From NCBI GenBank assembly GCA_958414825.1, contig CATYXQ010000001.1, positions 6,401 through 70,400 of the forward strand: DNA of 64,000 bases, in the 5' to 3' direction. Shown piece by piece: positions 26,083-35,461 of this stretch. The position numbers and the translations under genes are program-made. This DNA is from an uncultured Eubacteriales bacterium (GTDB lineage: Bacteria > Bacillota > Clostridia > Oscillospirales > CAG-272). Numbering within the stretch: the first letter of the stretch is position 1; each line of letters begins with the position of its first letter. The notes beneath the pieces are model-generated. The model had not been told where the DNA came from and ran no database searches. It saw nothing but the letters and a program-made list of their open reading frames with translations.

Positions 26083-28196
26083 AAGATGGGAAACTGTATA
26101 CAACAAGCGGCAGCGGTCCGTCCGCATTTTTGTCTTACACATTTCCCGCATCGGTGCAGGGCAAGGATTACCGAGTGGACGTAGACTATCTCGGGCACAC
26201 CGGCATGGGCGGCATCTTAATCGGGGCGACCGGAAAAAAGCTGACCGCCTCTCCCTCGTATTTTTCGGGCTATACCTGTACGACGACCACAAACGGCCAG
26301 TATACATACATTGCATATTTTAATGAGACAGGCTGGGGCGGAAGCTTTGCGCCCGGCACAAATAAAATTGAATTTTCGGATATTCATTTATCGGTTACCG
26401 TACAAAAGGGAGTGATGACCTTTCGCACCACCTCGCTTGACCGTAAAACCGAAATTCAAACTTTCCGCTATGAAATCGGCGATCATGAAAACGACTTATA
26501 CGACACTTTTCTTTCGACGGTTGGTCTGCGAAAATATTATAATGACAGCGGCTGCTTTGATAATTTTGTAATTACGCTCTTAGAAGATGATGAACTTCCC
26601 ATAATGACCGAACATTTAAAATTCGGCGATACAGTTTTTTCATCGAGCGGACTTACGACAGACGGCGAACTTTTGACCGGTAACGGCGCTGCGCTTTCCG
26701 AATCGACACTGAGCGGAAACTACCGTCTGACCTGCGACGTTGCAAGCCATGACATAACGCGGCTGTATTTCGGAATGAAGGATGAAAAAAACGGTTATGC
26801 GTTTGAGTTGAATGAAGCGGAAAAAGCCGTTTTCCTGTACAGCATCCGAAACGGGATATATACCTGTCTCGGCGAAAAGGAAAACATATTGCGGAATAGT
26901 TTTTGCGACCTCGCGCTTGACGTGACAGACGGCATTGTCGCGCTTTATTACGACAATCTTTACGAGGGCGCGGCGGCTTTTCCGAAATTTGAATTTCCGA
27001 TTGCGGACGCGAACGGCAAATTCGGCTTTTGGCTGTCAGGCGGACAAATTGCCAAACTTAAGCTCGGCGACGGAGCAAACATAAAGCCGGATGAAACGTA
27101 TCTGAATCCGGTCTGCCCCGGCGCCGACCCGGATATGCTCTATTATGACGGCACCTATTATCTCTACGTTTACGCAGGCAACGACGGCACAAATATTTTC
27201 CGTGTCTACACCTCGCCCGACCTTGTACATTTTACACCGCGCAATATCGTTTTCAAATGGGATCATGAACAATATGCCAATGTGAACGGCAAATCCGCAT
27301 GGAGTCCGAATGTCTTTTATTATGACGGTTTGTTCTACCTGTTCTTTGCCGCAAATCCCGCCGGAAACGACTCGGTACGTCACGTTTATTACGCAACCTC
27401 AGATTCGCCTTACGGTCCATTCAAGCATGACGGCCCGCTGGTAGCCATCAATCCGGATGTAAATGAGATTGACGGCCATCCGTTCCTCGACGATGACGGG
27501 CGCATTTATATGTCTTTTTCACGCTATGACCAAGGCGGCACAATCTGGCTTGAGGAGGTCAAAATGAAGAACGGCGTGGTCACCGCGCTTCCGGAAACGG
27601 CAACGCGCGTGATTATTTCTGACCGCGAATGGGACAACGACGGCGCAACACGTCTGTGCGAAGGCGGCTTCGTTTTCAAGCATGACGGCCTTTACTATAT
27701 GATTTACGCGACTGTCAGCTATGCGCGTCATTACGGCGAGGCCTTCGCTGTAGCGGAACATCCGCTCGGTCCCTATAAAAAATATGATTACAATCCATTT
27801 CTGATACACAACTATATGCTGGACGGACCGGGCGACGCACTTGTGATACCGTCACCCGATAAAACCGAACTCTATCTTGTCTATCACCGTCATTTTGCCG
27901 TCGGCACGGTGCATCCGCGTCAAACCTGTGTGGATCTTATCAAATTTGTGCCCGCCCCGGACGGCGGACCGGATATTTTGACAGTACGCGGACCGTCGTC
28001 CACACCGCAGCCGCTCCCCTCAAACAGGGGACGTTATGACATCAACCGCGACGGGCAAGTCACCCTTGCCGACGCGCTGAAAGCCCTGCGCGTCTGGGTT
28101 TCCGGAGGGACATACAGCGGTATTTACGATACGGATGCAAACGGCTCTGTCGGGTTGCACGACGTGGTTTGTATCTTGAAAAATCTGTTGAATTGA
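26013..28196 (+). CDS. GH43-family glycoside hydrolase with an N-terminal non-catalytic module and a C-terminal dockerin (N-terminus disrupted by a frameshift, see findings)
   Basis: The NPVCPGADPDMLYYDGTYYLY, WSPNVFYYDGLFYLFFA and LCEGGFVFKHDGLYYMIY blades are typical of GH43. The C-terminus has DINRDGQVTLAD and DTDANGSVGLHD, two dockerin calcium loops. Confidence 0.8.
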   Translation: MLYKNDFSSADLSAFTQKGGFTVKDGKLYTTSGSGPSAFLSYTFPASVQGKDYRVDVDYLGHTGMGGILIGATGKKLTASPSYFSGYTCTTTTNGQYTYIAYFNETGWGGSFAPGTNKIEFSDIHLSVTVQKGVMTFRTTSLDRKTEIQTFRYEIGDHENDLYDTFLSTVGLRKYYNDSGCFDNFVITLLEDDELPIMTEHLKFGDTVFSSSGLTTDGELLTGNGAALSESTLSGNYRLTCDVASHDITRLYFGMKDEKNGYAFELNEAEKAVFLYSIRNGIYTCLGEKENILRNSFCDLALDVTDGIVALYYDNLYEGAAAFPKFEFPIADANGKFGFWLSGGQIAKLKLGDGANIKPDETYLNPVCPGADPDMLYYDGTYYLYVYAGNDGTNIFRVYTSPDLVHFTPRNIVFKWDHEQYANVNGKSAWSPNVFYYDGLFYLFFAANPAGNDSVRHVYYATSDSPYGPFKHDGPLVAINPDVNEIDGHPFLDDDGRIYMSFSRYDQGGTIWLEEVKMKNGVVTALPETATRVIISDREWDNDGATRLCEGGFVFKHDGLYYMIYATVSYARHYGEAFAVAEHPLGPYKKYDYNPFLIHNYMLDGPGDALVIPSPDKTELYLVYHRHFAVGTVHPRQTCVDLIKFVPAPDGGPDILTVRGPSSTPQPLPSNRGRYDINRDGQVTLADALKALRVWVSGGTYSGIYDTDANGSVGLHDVVCILKNLLN

Positions 28197-28511
28197 CGGC
28201 AGCCGACTGCAAAAGCTATCATCGCCATTAAATTTTTAGCACGGGGACTGTATTTATTTTGCCACGGGCGTTTACGCCAAAACGTTGATTGCGTCAGGCA
28301 GCAGACGTGTTTATCAAAAGCTCAGTGAACTGCGAAAAAGGACCTCTCAACTGTAAACGAACTGCTAAATCTCCATATTTTCTCCTATCTTTCATGAGCA
28401 AACGAAGTCATCAAAATGTTTCTGTAAATTTCTGAATACAACCGATATTGACGTTATACCATTTTTCTCCCCCTTGCGCACGTAAGCCCTTACTATACCC
28501 TTACTATAAAC

Positions 28512-28544
28512 AAAAGTCGATACCATTAAAAAGTATCGACTTTT
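28512..28544. other. AT-rich perfect stem-loop in a 530-bp convergent intergenic region
   Basis: AAAAGTCGATAC-CATTAAAAA-GTATCGACTTTT, followed by T. It could terminate an unannotated transcript. Confidence 0.4.
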
Positions 28545-28640
28545 TACTTTTTACACTGTGATCTACGCATGAGAGGAACAGCGCCGTTGAAAACAGAATT
28601 GCAAATGTAATTTGCGAAAATGGTGTGATTGTCAGAGTAC

Positions 28641-28672
28641 CAAAAAGGCAGCCGCGTGCAGACGGCTGCCCT
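28641..28672 (-). terminator. Rho-independent terminator of tsf
   Basis: The minus strand reads GGGCAGCCG-TCTGCACG-CGGCTGCC followed by TTTTTGG. Confidence 0.8.
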
Positions 28673-28731
28673 TATATTGAACGTTCTGTTACCCTTTTTA
28701 CAAGGCTATCGGCTTCGGCTTTTATTCGCTT

Positions 28732-29658
28732 TTAGCCATTCACCATTTTATTGATCTCTTCGGCAAAGTTTTCTTCACGCTTCTGAATGCCCTCGCCCTT
28801 TTCAAAGCGATAGAAAGCCGTGACCGTGATCTTGCCGCCAAATTCTTTTGCGGAAGCTTCAACATACTTCTTTACGCTCATAGAATCTTCCTTGACATAA
28901 GCCTGCTCCAAAAGGCAATTTGCCTCATAGAACTTTCCGATTCTGCCGTCAACCATCTTTTCCTTGATTTGTTCCGGCTTCTTCGCGCTTTTTTCATCAT
29001 TGTTGATCTGAGACATGATAATTTCACGTTCTTCAGCGATTCTGGACGCCGGAACAGCCTCGATGTTGAGGTACTCAACCGGGTATGCCGCAGCCTGCAA
29101 TGCAATATTCTTTGCAAATTCCGCAAAACCGGCATTGTTCCTTGCCGCATCATCCGCGTCAAATTTCACAATGACGCCGATCGAACCGCCGCCGTGGATA
29201 TAAGAACTGGTCACGCCCTCTACGACAACGAAACGGCGAATATCCATCTTCTCGCCGATGGTAAAGATCATCTCTTTGATCTTATCTTCAACCGTAATAT
29301 CCGCATCTGCAAATTTACAAGCTTTCAGAGCCGCTACATCAGCAGGTCTCTGTGCAATAATCGTCTTGAGAATGCCGCGGACAAATTCACGGAACGACTC
29401 GTTTTTCGCAACGAAATCAGTTTCGGAATTTACCTCAATCATAGCGGAAACATTGTTCTCGGTCAAAATATCAACGATGCCCTCGGCGGCAATTCTGTCC
29501 GCCTTTTTAGCGGCAACCGCCAGTCCTCTTTCACGGAGAACCTTTATAGCCTCATCCATATTCCCATCCGCTTCGACAAGCGCATTTTTGCACTCCATCA
29601 TGCCGCAGCCGGTCTTTTTTCTAAGCTCAGCAACGTCTTTTGCACTGATTGCAGCCAT
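28732..29658 (-). CDS. tsf: Elongation factor Ts
   Basis: MAAISAKDVAELRKKTGCGMMECKNALVEADGNMDEAIKVLRERG. The start is trimmed to ATG 29658; the track ORF runs on through an Arg-rich artefact. Confidence 0.95.
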   Translation of the reverse strand: MAAISAKDVAELRKKTGCGMMECKNALVEADGNMDEAIKVLRERGLAVAAKKADRIAAEGIVDILTENNVSAMIEVNSETDFVAKNESFREFVRGILKTIIAQRPADVAALKACKFADADITVEDKIKEMIFTIGEKMDIRRFVVVEGVTSSYIHGGGSIGVIVKFDADDAARNNAGFAEFAKNIALQAAAYPVEYLNIEAVPASRIAEEREIIMSQINNDEKSAKKPEQIKEKMVDGRIGKFYEANCLLEQAYVKEDSMSVKKYVEASAKEFGGKITVTAFYRFEKGEGIQKREENFAEEINKMVNG

Positions 29659-29716
29659 AGTATATCCCTCGGATCCTCTCGGATCCTTTTCCTTTCCTCG
29701 ATTTATTCCTTGTTTC

Positions 29717-30496
29717 TTACGCCTGAGCGGTCTCCGCAGCTTCAGCCGTCTGCGCCGCATCCTCTGCAGGCTCCGCCTCCGCCTCGCCGACCTCGGTCTC
29801 AGGCGCAAACGCTTCGCCCTGTCTTCCTTCGATTACAGCGTCGGCCAAAACAGAAGAAATCAGCTTAATTGCACGGATCGCGTCATCGTTACCGGGGATA
29901 ATATAATCCGCATCGTCCGGATCGCAGTTTGTATCGACAATCGCAACCACCGGAATGCCCAGTTTTTTCGCTTCGAGAACAGCGATCTTCTCTTTTCTCG
30001 GATCAACAATAAATACTGCGTCCGGAAGCTTTTCCATGGTCTTGATACCGCCGTAATTCTTTTCCAGATTGAAAATCTCTTTCTGAAGCGCAGCAACCTC
30101 TTTCTTCGGAAGCAGATCGAACGTGCCGTCCGCCTGCATTTTTTCCAAGCTGTTCAAACGGCTGATGCTCTTACGGATGGTTTTAAAGTTGGTCAGCATA
30201 CCGCCCGGCCAGCGGACGTTTACATAATACATGCCGCAGCGCTCAGCTTCTTCCTTGATGGTGTCAGCCGCCTGCTTCTTTGTACCAACGAGCAAAATAT
30301 TGCCGCCGTTTGCAGACAGGTCGCGTACAAACATATACGCTTCCTCAAACTTTTTAACGGTTTTCTGCAAATCAATGATATAAATCCCGTTTCTCTCAGT
30401 GAAGATGTACTCCGCCATTTTCGGGTTCCACCTTCTGGTGTGGTGTCCGAAATGAACACCGGCTTCAAGCAGCTGCTTGATCGTAATAACAGACAT
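29717..30496 (-). CDS. rpsB: 30S ribosomal protein S2 (with an acidic Ala/Glu C-terminal tail)
   Basis: [30 protein letters not shown] 30496 is preceded by GGAGGAG. Confidence 0.95.
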   Translation of the reverse strand: MSVITIKQLLEAGVHFGHHTRRWNPKMAEYIFTERNGIYIIDLQKTVKKFEEAYMFVRDLSANGGNILLVGTKKQAADTIKEEAERCGMYYVNVRWPGGMLTNFKTIRKSISRLNSLEKMQADGTFDLLPKKEVAALQKEIFNLEKNYGGIKTMEKLPDAVFIVDPRKEKIAVLEAKKLGIPVVAIVDTNCDPDDADYIIPGNDDAIRAIKLISSVLADAVIEGRQGEAFAPETEVGEAEAEPAEDAAQTAEAAETAQA

Positions 30497-30608
30497 AAGT
30501 CTCCTCCGGTTTTTCCACCATATGAGCTGCTGCCGCCAACCTTTCGGCACCGAGCGGCTCTATGCCCCTATGTGTGTATTAAATTTTCTGCTTATTGCAG
30601 ACTTAAAT

Positions 30609-30637
30609 ATTTTACCATTTATATATGATGTTTTCAA
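30609..30637 (-). promoter_or_regulatory. Putative sigma-A promoter of rpsB-tsf
   Basis: The minus strand reads TTGAAA, then 17 nt, then TAAAAT, leaving a 5' UTR of about 110 nt. Confidence 0.5.
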
Positions 30638-30694
30638 GACCTTTTTTAAAATTTACAAAAATTTTACATCTATTGTATCATATTCATGAAACAT

Positions 30695-30991
30695 TCATTC
30701 AAAAAAACTGCGTTTTTTCTTCTTTTTTTCCTCCTTACAGGAACATCGGCACTCATCAATCACAATATCCACCAAAATCACATCTTCCCCGAAGCGAACA
30801 ATTTTGCACCAGGGGATAACCAACTCTTCCCCTTTTGAAAAACCGGGCAGCGAACAGTCGCCAACTATCAGCGCCACAATTTTCCCCTCGCACACTTCAA
30901 ATTGAATATCCGTCACAAATCCAAGATTGCTTCCGTCCCGAATATTGATTACGTCTTTCTGCCCCAGATTGCTTGTCGAACACCGTTCCAT
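30695..30991 (-). CDS. YlmC/YmxH-family (PRC-barrel) sporulation protein
   Basis: LGQKDVINIRDGSNLGFVTDIQFEVCEGKIVALIV is typical of the family. The Lys-rich C-terminal tail comes from an A/T run. Confidence 0.8.
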   Translation of the reverse strand: MERCSTSNLGQKDVINIRDGSNLGFVTDIQFEVCEGKIVALIVGDCSLPGFSKGEELVIPWCKIVRFGEDVILVDIVIDECRCSCKEEKKKKKRSFFE

Positions 30992-31088
30992 ATTGCGCCT
31001 CCTCTGTATTTCCTATTGCTAATGATATGTTTTTATGGTAAACTACATGCAAAAGAGACAAAATCACTTACTGTCATAATACTGCGGG

Positions 31089-31937
31089 GTGATCTTTTTG
31101 AGCGAATTTATCACATCGGATTTTGTAAAAAACGCGCTTCCAAAACGAAAGCGGCAGTCCAATAAATCTACCTACGGACGCGTACTGCTCATCTGCGGCA
31201 ACAATTCTATGCGCGGAGCGGCAGCGATGGCAGCGCGCGGCGCGCTGCGAATGGGCGCTGGACTTGTAACTGTAGCATCCTCAAAAGCAGTGATCGACAC
31301 CCTCGCGGTGTCCCTCTGCGAACCGATTTATTTAGACACGGAAACCGGCGGTTTTTTTCAAGCGGCTACGCGAATGCAGGTCATCGGCATCGGGTGCGGT
31401 CTCGGCTGCACGGAAAAAACAGCCGCATGGACAGTTGAATTTCTTTCATCTGTCGGCGCACCGCTGATTCTGGATACTGACAGTATCAACGCACTGAGCG
31501 GGCAGTCAGCGCTTTTGCAAGGGGCGAAGCGTCCGGTTTTGCTCACGCCGCATCCTCTGGAATTTTCCCGTCTGACGGGACTCTCCGTAGAAACCATTCA
31601 AGCCGACCGTGAAAGCATTGCAAAGCGGTTTGCCGCCCAATACGGCGTCACGCTTCTGTTGAAAGGGGCGAACACCGTAATCACCGACGGAAAAACCGTA
31701 TACATCAATCCCACCGGTTCAAGCGCACTTGCCAAGGGCGGAAGCGGCGACACGCTTTTGGGTATGATCTGCGCGTTTGCGGCGCAGGGCGCGTCGCTTT
31801 TAGAGGCGGCGGCCATTGCGGCCTATCTGCATGGACTGGCTGGCGAGCGTCTTGCCAAAATCTATTCGGAATACGGCGTACTTCCGAGCGATCTCCCCGA
31901 AAAAGCCGCGCAAATTCTGGCCGAATGGGGATTCTAA
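31089..31937 (+). CDS. nnrD: ADP-dependent NAD(P)H-hydrate dehydratase (YjeF C-terminal type)
   Basis: YGRVLLICGN...LTPHPLEF...GGSGDTLLGMI motifs. The exact start is uncertain (GTG 31089). Confidence 0.85.
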   Translation: MIFLSEFITSDFVKNALPKRKRQSNKSTYGRVLLICGNNSMRGAAAMAARGALRMGAGLVTVASSKAVIDTLAVSLCEPIYLDTETGGFFQAATRMQVIGIGCGLGCTEKTAAWTVEFLSSVGAPLILDTDSINALSGQSALLQGAKRPVLLTPHPLEFSRLTGLSVETIQADRESIAKRFAAQYGVTLLLKGANTVITDGKTVYINPTGSSALAKGGSGDTLLGMICAFAAQGASLLEAAAIAAYLHGLAGERLAKIYSEYGVLPSDLPEKAAQILAEWGF

Positions 31938-32130
31938 AGGAAAAGACCGCACAGACAGACGCCGTTTGGCAAATCTCCTGCGGCGTAAATACCCCAATCA
32001 AAAGTGCGGCGCCAATCCGCGAGTGCAGTACAAAAACGGTGCAATACACATATATATTCTTTTCATTGGAGAAAATATTTTTCAACTATTTAAACGTACC
32101 CTCATAGGGGTAACTACAAATTTTAAGGAT

Positions 32131-32168
32131 AGGCAGGTGTTGCATTGTCAGCACCTGCCTGTTTCTTT
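32131..32168. terminator. Stem-loop between nnr and the recombinase remnant
   Basis: AGGCAGGTG, then a 12-nt loop, then CACCTGCCT followed by GTTTCTTT. Confidence 0.55.
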
Positions 32169-32690
32169 ATGCGCTTTTGGTGATGTTCAGATTTCCAACC
32201 ACGCCAATGTCCGTGTAGTGGATCTCCACGGTCTGCCTGACATGCTTGGATCACTTCACGTCCTTCTCATGCACCACGATTTTTTCAATGAACAGCCGTA
32301 GCAGTTCCGGTGTCAATTCCTGAATGTCCGTATAGCGTTTGGCCCTGGCAATGAAGTTGTCCGCGCCAGATACTGTGGCTTTCAGTTTGGCGACCTCCCG
32401 ATTCTTTTGCGGGATGGCGGTTTTCAACTGTTCCTGCTCCGCCACATAACTTGCGGAGAGAGTCTGGAACTGCTCCGTAGTGATGCGCCCCAGCACCGAG
32501 TCCTCATACAGTCGCTTGAAGATGGCCTCCAGTTCCGCCTCGCGCTGAGCCTTGGCTCGCTGAACCACCCGGATCTTCCGGATGGTGTCCCGCACAAACC
32601 ATTCATTGAACAGATTTTTGAAGAGCATCAGGGCGTAGCATTCGCGGCAAATGGCTCCGGATACCAGAGCAGGGACGAATAGTCGCACCG
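32167..32690 (-). pseudogene. C-terminal remnant of a large serine recombinase (DUF4368-type tail): N-terminal catalytic part missing, internal TGA
   Basis: AIFKRLYEDSVLGRITTEQFQTLSASYVAEQEQLK...LLRLFIEKIVVHEKDVK, then TGA, then in the same frame SKHVRQTVEIHYTDIGVVGNLNITKSA and a stop at 32167-32169. This is the typical tail of CTn/prophage serine integrases. Confidence 0.7.
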
Positions 32691-33022
32691 GATCAGCCGC
32701 TGGGCATCCTCCCGGATCAGCCGCAGGAACCGCTTGTGCTGTTGTTCCCCCTGCTTCTGCTTCATCTCCAGCACGGCGAAATCCCCTGTGGGGTCGTAGA
32801 GCCGCAGCCGCAGCTTCTTCCGCACCTCTATGCCGGACTCCTTATCAAAAAAATCGCCGTCATACTCCGTGTCAAAGTAGAGGGAGCGGAGAGGATACCC
32901 CTCCGACCCGTTGTGCGGTTGTGCGGATCCTCGTGGAGCAGCTTCCGGAACTGGTGCGTTTTTGCCATAAGGTCCGCGGTGTTGATCAAATATTTCCGCT
33001 CGTTCCGCAATACCTGCCGCAA
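32628..33022 (-). pseudogene. VTC-domain (polyphosphate-polymerase-like) gene, frameshifted and 3'-truncated
   Basis: TTG start at 33022 after AGGAGG. RNERKYLI...HEDPHN is in one frame and GSEGYPLRSLYFDT...RKKLRLRLYD...LEMKQK in another. The two frames are joined at a tandem 8-bp duplication at 32911-32926. Confidence 0.75.
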
Positions 33023-33036
33023 GTGATCTCCTCCTT

Positions 33037-34425
33037 TCAGACAGCCGGAATTTCATCGGTCATGCCGCCGATCACATAGTGCGCCCGGCCGCCAATTTTC
33101 GCTTCATACAGAAGCTTATCCGTCTCCTTGTAGACGTTCTCCCAGTCATCCGAATAGGAAAAATAGTATCCGCCGATGCTACAGGTGACCGGGATGGAGC
33201 GGATCTGTGCGACCAGAGCCTGAAACTGCTCCAGCAGGCTGGTCAGCAGCTCTCGTGGGATGGCCTGCTCCAGCACCACCGCAAATTCGTCGCCGCCCAT
33301 ACGGCCTGCCTGTCCATACTCAGAAAAGATATTCTGCAAGCATTCCGCCACCTTTTGCAGGACCAGATCTCCAGTGGGATGACCCAGACTGTCGTTGATT
33401 TCCTTGAAGCGGTCCACGTCAAGGAACAAAAAGCATCCCTTCTGATGGGAAGAAGCATTCTCCTGAAGCATCCGGCGAAAATAGGTAAGGAACATATTCC
33501 GTCCCATGATGCCGGTGAGCCCGTCCATCTGCCCCAGATATTCCCGGTAAACGAGATATTGGAAGATCATCATGAACAGCAGCCACACGAACCCACTCAG
33601 GGCGAGGATCGCCACCAGGAACTGGATCTGAAGCAGAAGCAGGTCATATTGGACCATCTCGTCCAGTTCCAGGCCGTGAACAGACATCATATACGCGGTG
33701 CGTTGGGCAAAGTAGATCGCGGAGCCAGTGGCGATGCAGAGCACGACGAGAGCAAAACCAATGAAAAACAGGTTTGACCGCCGTTTTCTTTGGATCGTCT
33801 TGTTGCCCAGGTCGATATAGGAGCGGATCTTCTTCGCGGCAGCGGAGCAGGAAAACCGCCAGGCGGCCTCTGAGATCAGCACACACATCAGAACCAGAAG
33901 CAGGTCGCTCAGGTCGGGCAACTTGGTCAGCCCGGTGAAAAAGCTCGCGCCCTGTTCCGGGAAGAACAGGCCCATGACGGTGTAGACCAGGATCGAGTGC
34001 AGCCGCCGACTGCACACCGCCACGAGTCCGAGAAAGACCGCCGGATGGCGGCGTCTCTTTGCCCAATAGAACATCAGGCCGACCAGAAGGCCGAACAGCG
34101 TTCTGCTCCCAACGCTGAGCAGGAGGCTGGCGACGGGCGCGCCGCTCATCACGGGGGAGAAGATAACGTCCCCCGCCATCACATAATAGGCCGACGCCTT
34201 ATATGCGCTGCAAAATCCAAACACCGCGCCGATCCCGGTCGCTGCCAGCGGCCCCAGAAGAATCCCGGCGATCAGGATCGGGATAAAGGCATAGGTGATG
34301 GAGACCGGCGGAATATGGATGTATCCCAGAAAGGTAAACGACATGAGAATCTCCAGCGCCAGCAGAACGAAAAACACATAGACATTATATCTGCTTTTCA
34401 AGCGGTTCGATTTTCGCTTTCTCAT
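33037..34425 (-). CDS. Membrane-anchored diguanylate cyclase (multi-TM N-terminus plus GGDEF)
   Basis: GRMGGDEFAVV active-site motif and multiple hydrophobic helices. The start is trimmed to ATG 34425 after GGAGGAG, giving a 41-nt overlap with the upstream gene. Confidence 0.85.
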   Translation of the reverse strand: MRKRKSNRLKSRYNVYVFFVLLALEILMSFTFLGYIHIPPVSITYAFIPILIAGILLGPLAATGIGAVFGFCSAYKASAYYVMAGDVIFSPVMSGAPVASLLLSVGSRTLFGLLVGLMFYWAKRRRHPAVFLGLVAVCSRRLHSILVYTVMGLFFPEQGASFFTGLTKLPDLSDLLLVLMCVLISEAAWRFSCSAAAKKIRSYIDLGNKTIQRKRRSNLFFIGFALVVLCIATGSAIYFAQRTAYMMSVHGLELDEMVQYDLLLLQIQFLVAILALSGFVWLLFMMIFQYLVYREYLGQMDGLTGIMGRNMFLTYFRRMLQENASSHQKGCFLFLDVDRFKEINDSLGHPTGDLVLQKVAECLQNIFSEYGQAGRMGGDEFAVVLEQAIPRELLTSLLEQFQALVAQIRSIPVTCSIGGYYFSYSDDWENVYKETDKLLYEAKIGGRAHYVIGGMTDEIPAV

Positions 34426-35389
34426 ACTGCTCCTCCTCTCCGGCGGGTCTGATGACAGCCGTCTGTTTTTCTCCCGTCTTTCCATGCTTTTTCTGTGCCT
34501 TTTCCCTGTAAAGCATGTGGTCTGCCTGCTCAAACAGTTCCTCAAAACAACTCCCGTCATTGGGATAGAAGGCGATTCCAATGCTGTTGACAGATGTATA
34601 TGGTTCCATTTTCACTTTGGTCATATGGCTGATCTGCTCCTGAAACTGGGACAGATCCCGGACATCCCGGACGAAGATCATGAATTCATCTCCGCCAAAG
34701 CGCCCCACCACATCATCCTTCCGGAAAATCCCGGCAAACTGTCTGGCTGTCGCGGCGATGATCTGGTCTCCGGCTGAATGACCGTAGGTGTCATTAAAGT
34801 GTTTGAAATCGTCGATGTCCGCCAAAAGCAGCGCGTGGCGGCACTTGGGTTCGTCTTCCAGAACAGCTTTGATGGCGGAGATGGAATATTCTTTGTTCCA
34901 CAAACCGGTAAACCCGTCCAGACTGGCCTTCTGCTCCAACCGATCATGCTCCCGTTTGACATCGGAAATATCCGTGATCACACCGATCATGCGGACGGGT
35001 TTCCCATTTTCCATGATAGGGACTACATCCAGCTTGCACCATATATACTTGGATTGTCCCGCTTTCATACGGGCATGATAAGTGGTCTGTTTTCCGGCCA
35101 GGATGCTTTCAAAGGCTTTGGCAATGACGTCTGCGTCATCCGGGTGAGAGAAGTACGCCGAGACGGCTTTTCGATACTCCTCCGGAGGTAGAGCGCTGTA
35201 TGGCTGCACCGCCGCAAGGATCTCCTCATCCGGGATACCGAAAATGTCTTCGGCATTTTCAAAGAATGTATAAAACTGCCGGGACAGATCCACCTCATAT
35301 ATACAAATTTTCGCCGCCCGCAGCGCAACGCTCAGCCGGTTTCTATAGTCATTACAACCGTTGAAATATAAGATATTTGGCTGCTTCAT
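34385..35389 (-). CDS. PAS-domain diguanylate cyclase (GGDEF)
   Basis: GRFGGDEFMIFV motif with a PAS-like N-terminal half. ATG is preceded by AGGAGGAA. Confidence 0.85.
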   Translation of the reverse strand: MKQPNILYFNGCNDYRNRLSVALRAAKICIYEVDLSRQFYTFFENAEDIFGIPDEEILAAVQPYSALPPEEYRKAVSAYFSHPDDADVIAKAFESILAGKQTTYHARMKAGQSKYIWCKLDVVPIMENGKPVRMIGVITDISDVKREHDRLEQKASLDGFTGLWNKEYSISAIKAVLEDEPKCRHALLLADIDDFKHFNDTYGHSAGDQIIAATARQFAGIFRKDDVVGRFGGDEFMIFVRDVRDLSQFQEQISHMTKVKMEPYTSVNSIGIAFYPNDGSCFEELFEQADHMLYREKAQKKHGKTGEKQTAVIRPAGEEEQYEKAKIEPLEKQI

Positions 35390-35461
35390 GTGATTTCCTC
35401 CTGAAAACAGCAGAATTACCGATGTTGGCCACGGGCGCGCTCTTTTTACCTCTGCTTCACA

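Noticed and set aside
29258-30628. 456-aa plus-strand ORF. The same reasoning covers ORFs 28969..29868, 23146..24174, 17655..18545, 47990..48943, 36160..36867 and 35377..36126.
   Set aside because: All are antisense to strongly recognisable genes (tsf/rpsB, GH2, polC, smc and the EAL protein). In a GC-rich genome, long shadow frames like these are expected.
31816-32301. 161-aa ORF spanning the nnr 3' end, the intergenic hairpin and the recombinase tail.
   Set aside because: It crosses a terminator-like stem-loop and overlaps better-supported features in other frames. It has no motif and no RBS.
35416-35428. A 12-nt direct repeat, TTACCGATGTTG, also present at 38250-38261, considered as possible island-internal att or recombination sites.
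   Set aside because: By a rough count, on the order of 100 chance 12-mer coincidences are expected within 64 kb, and there is no supporting structure around either copy.
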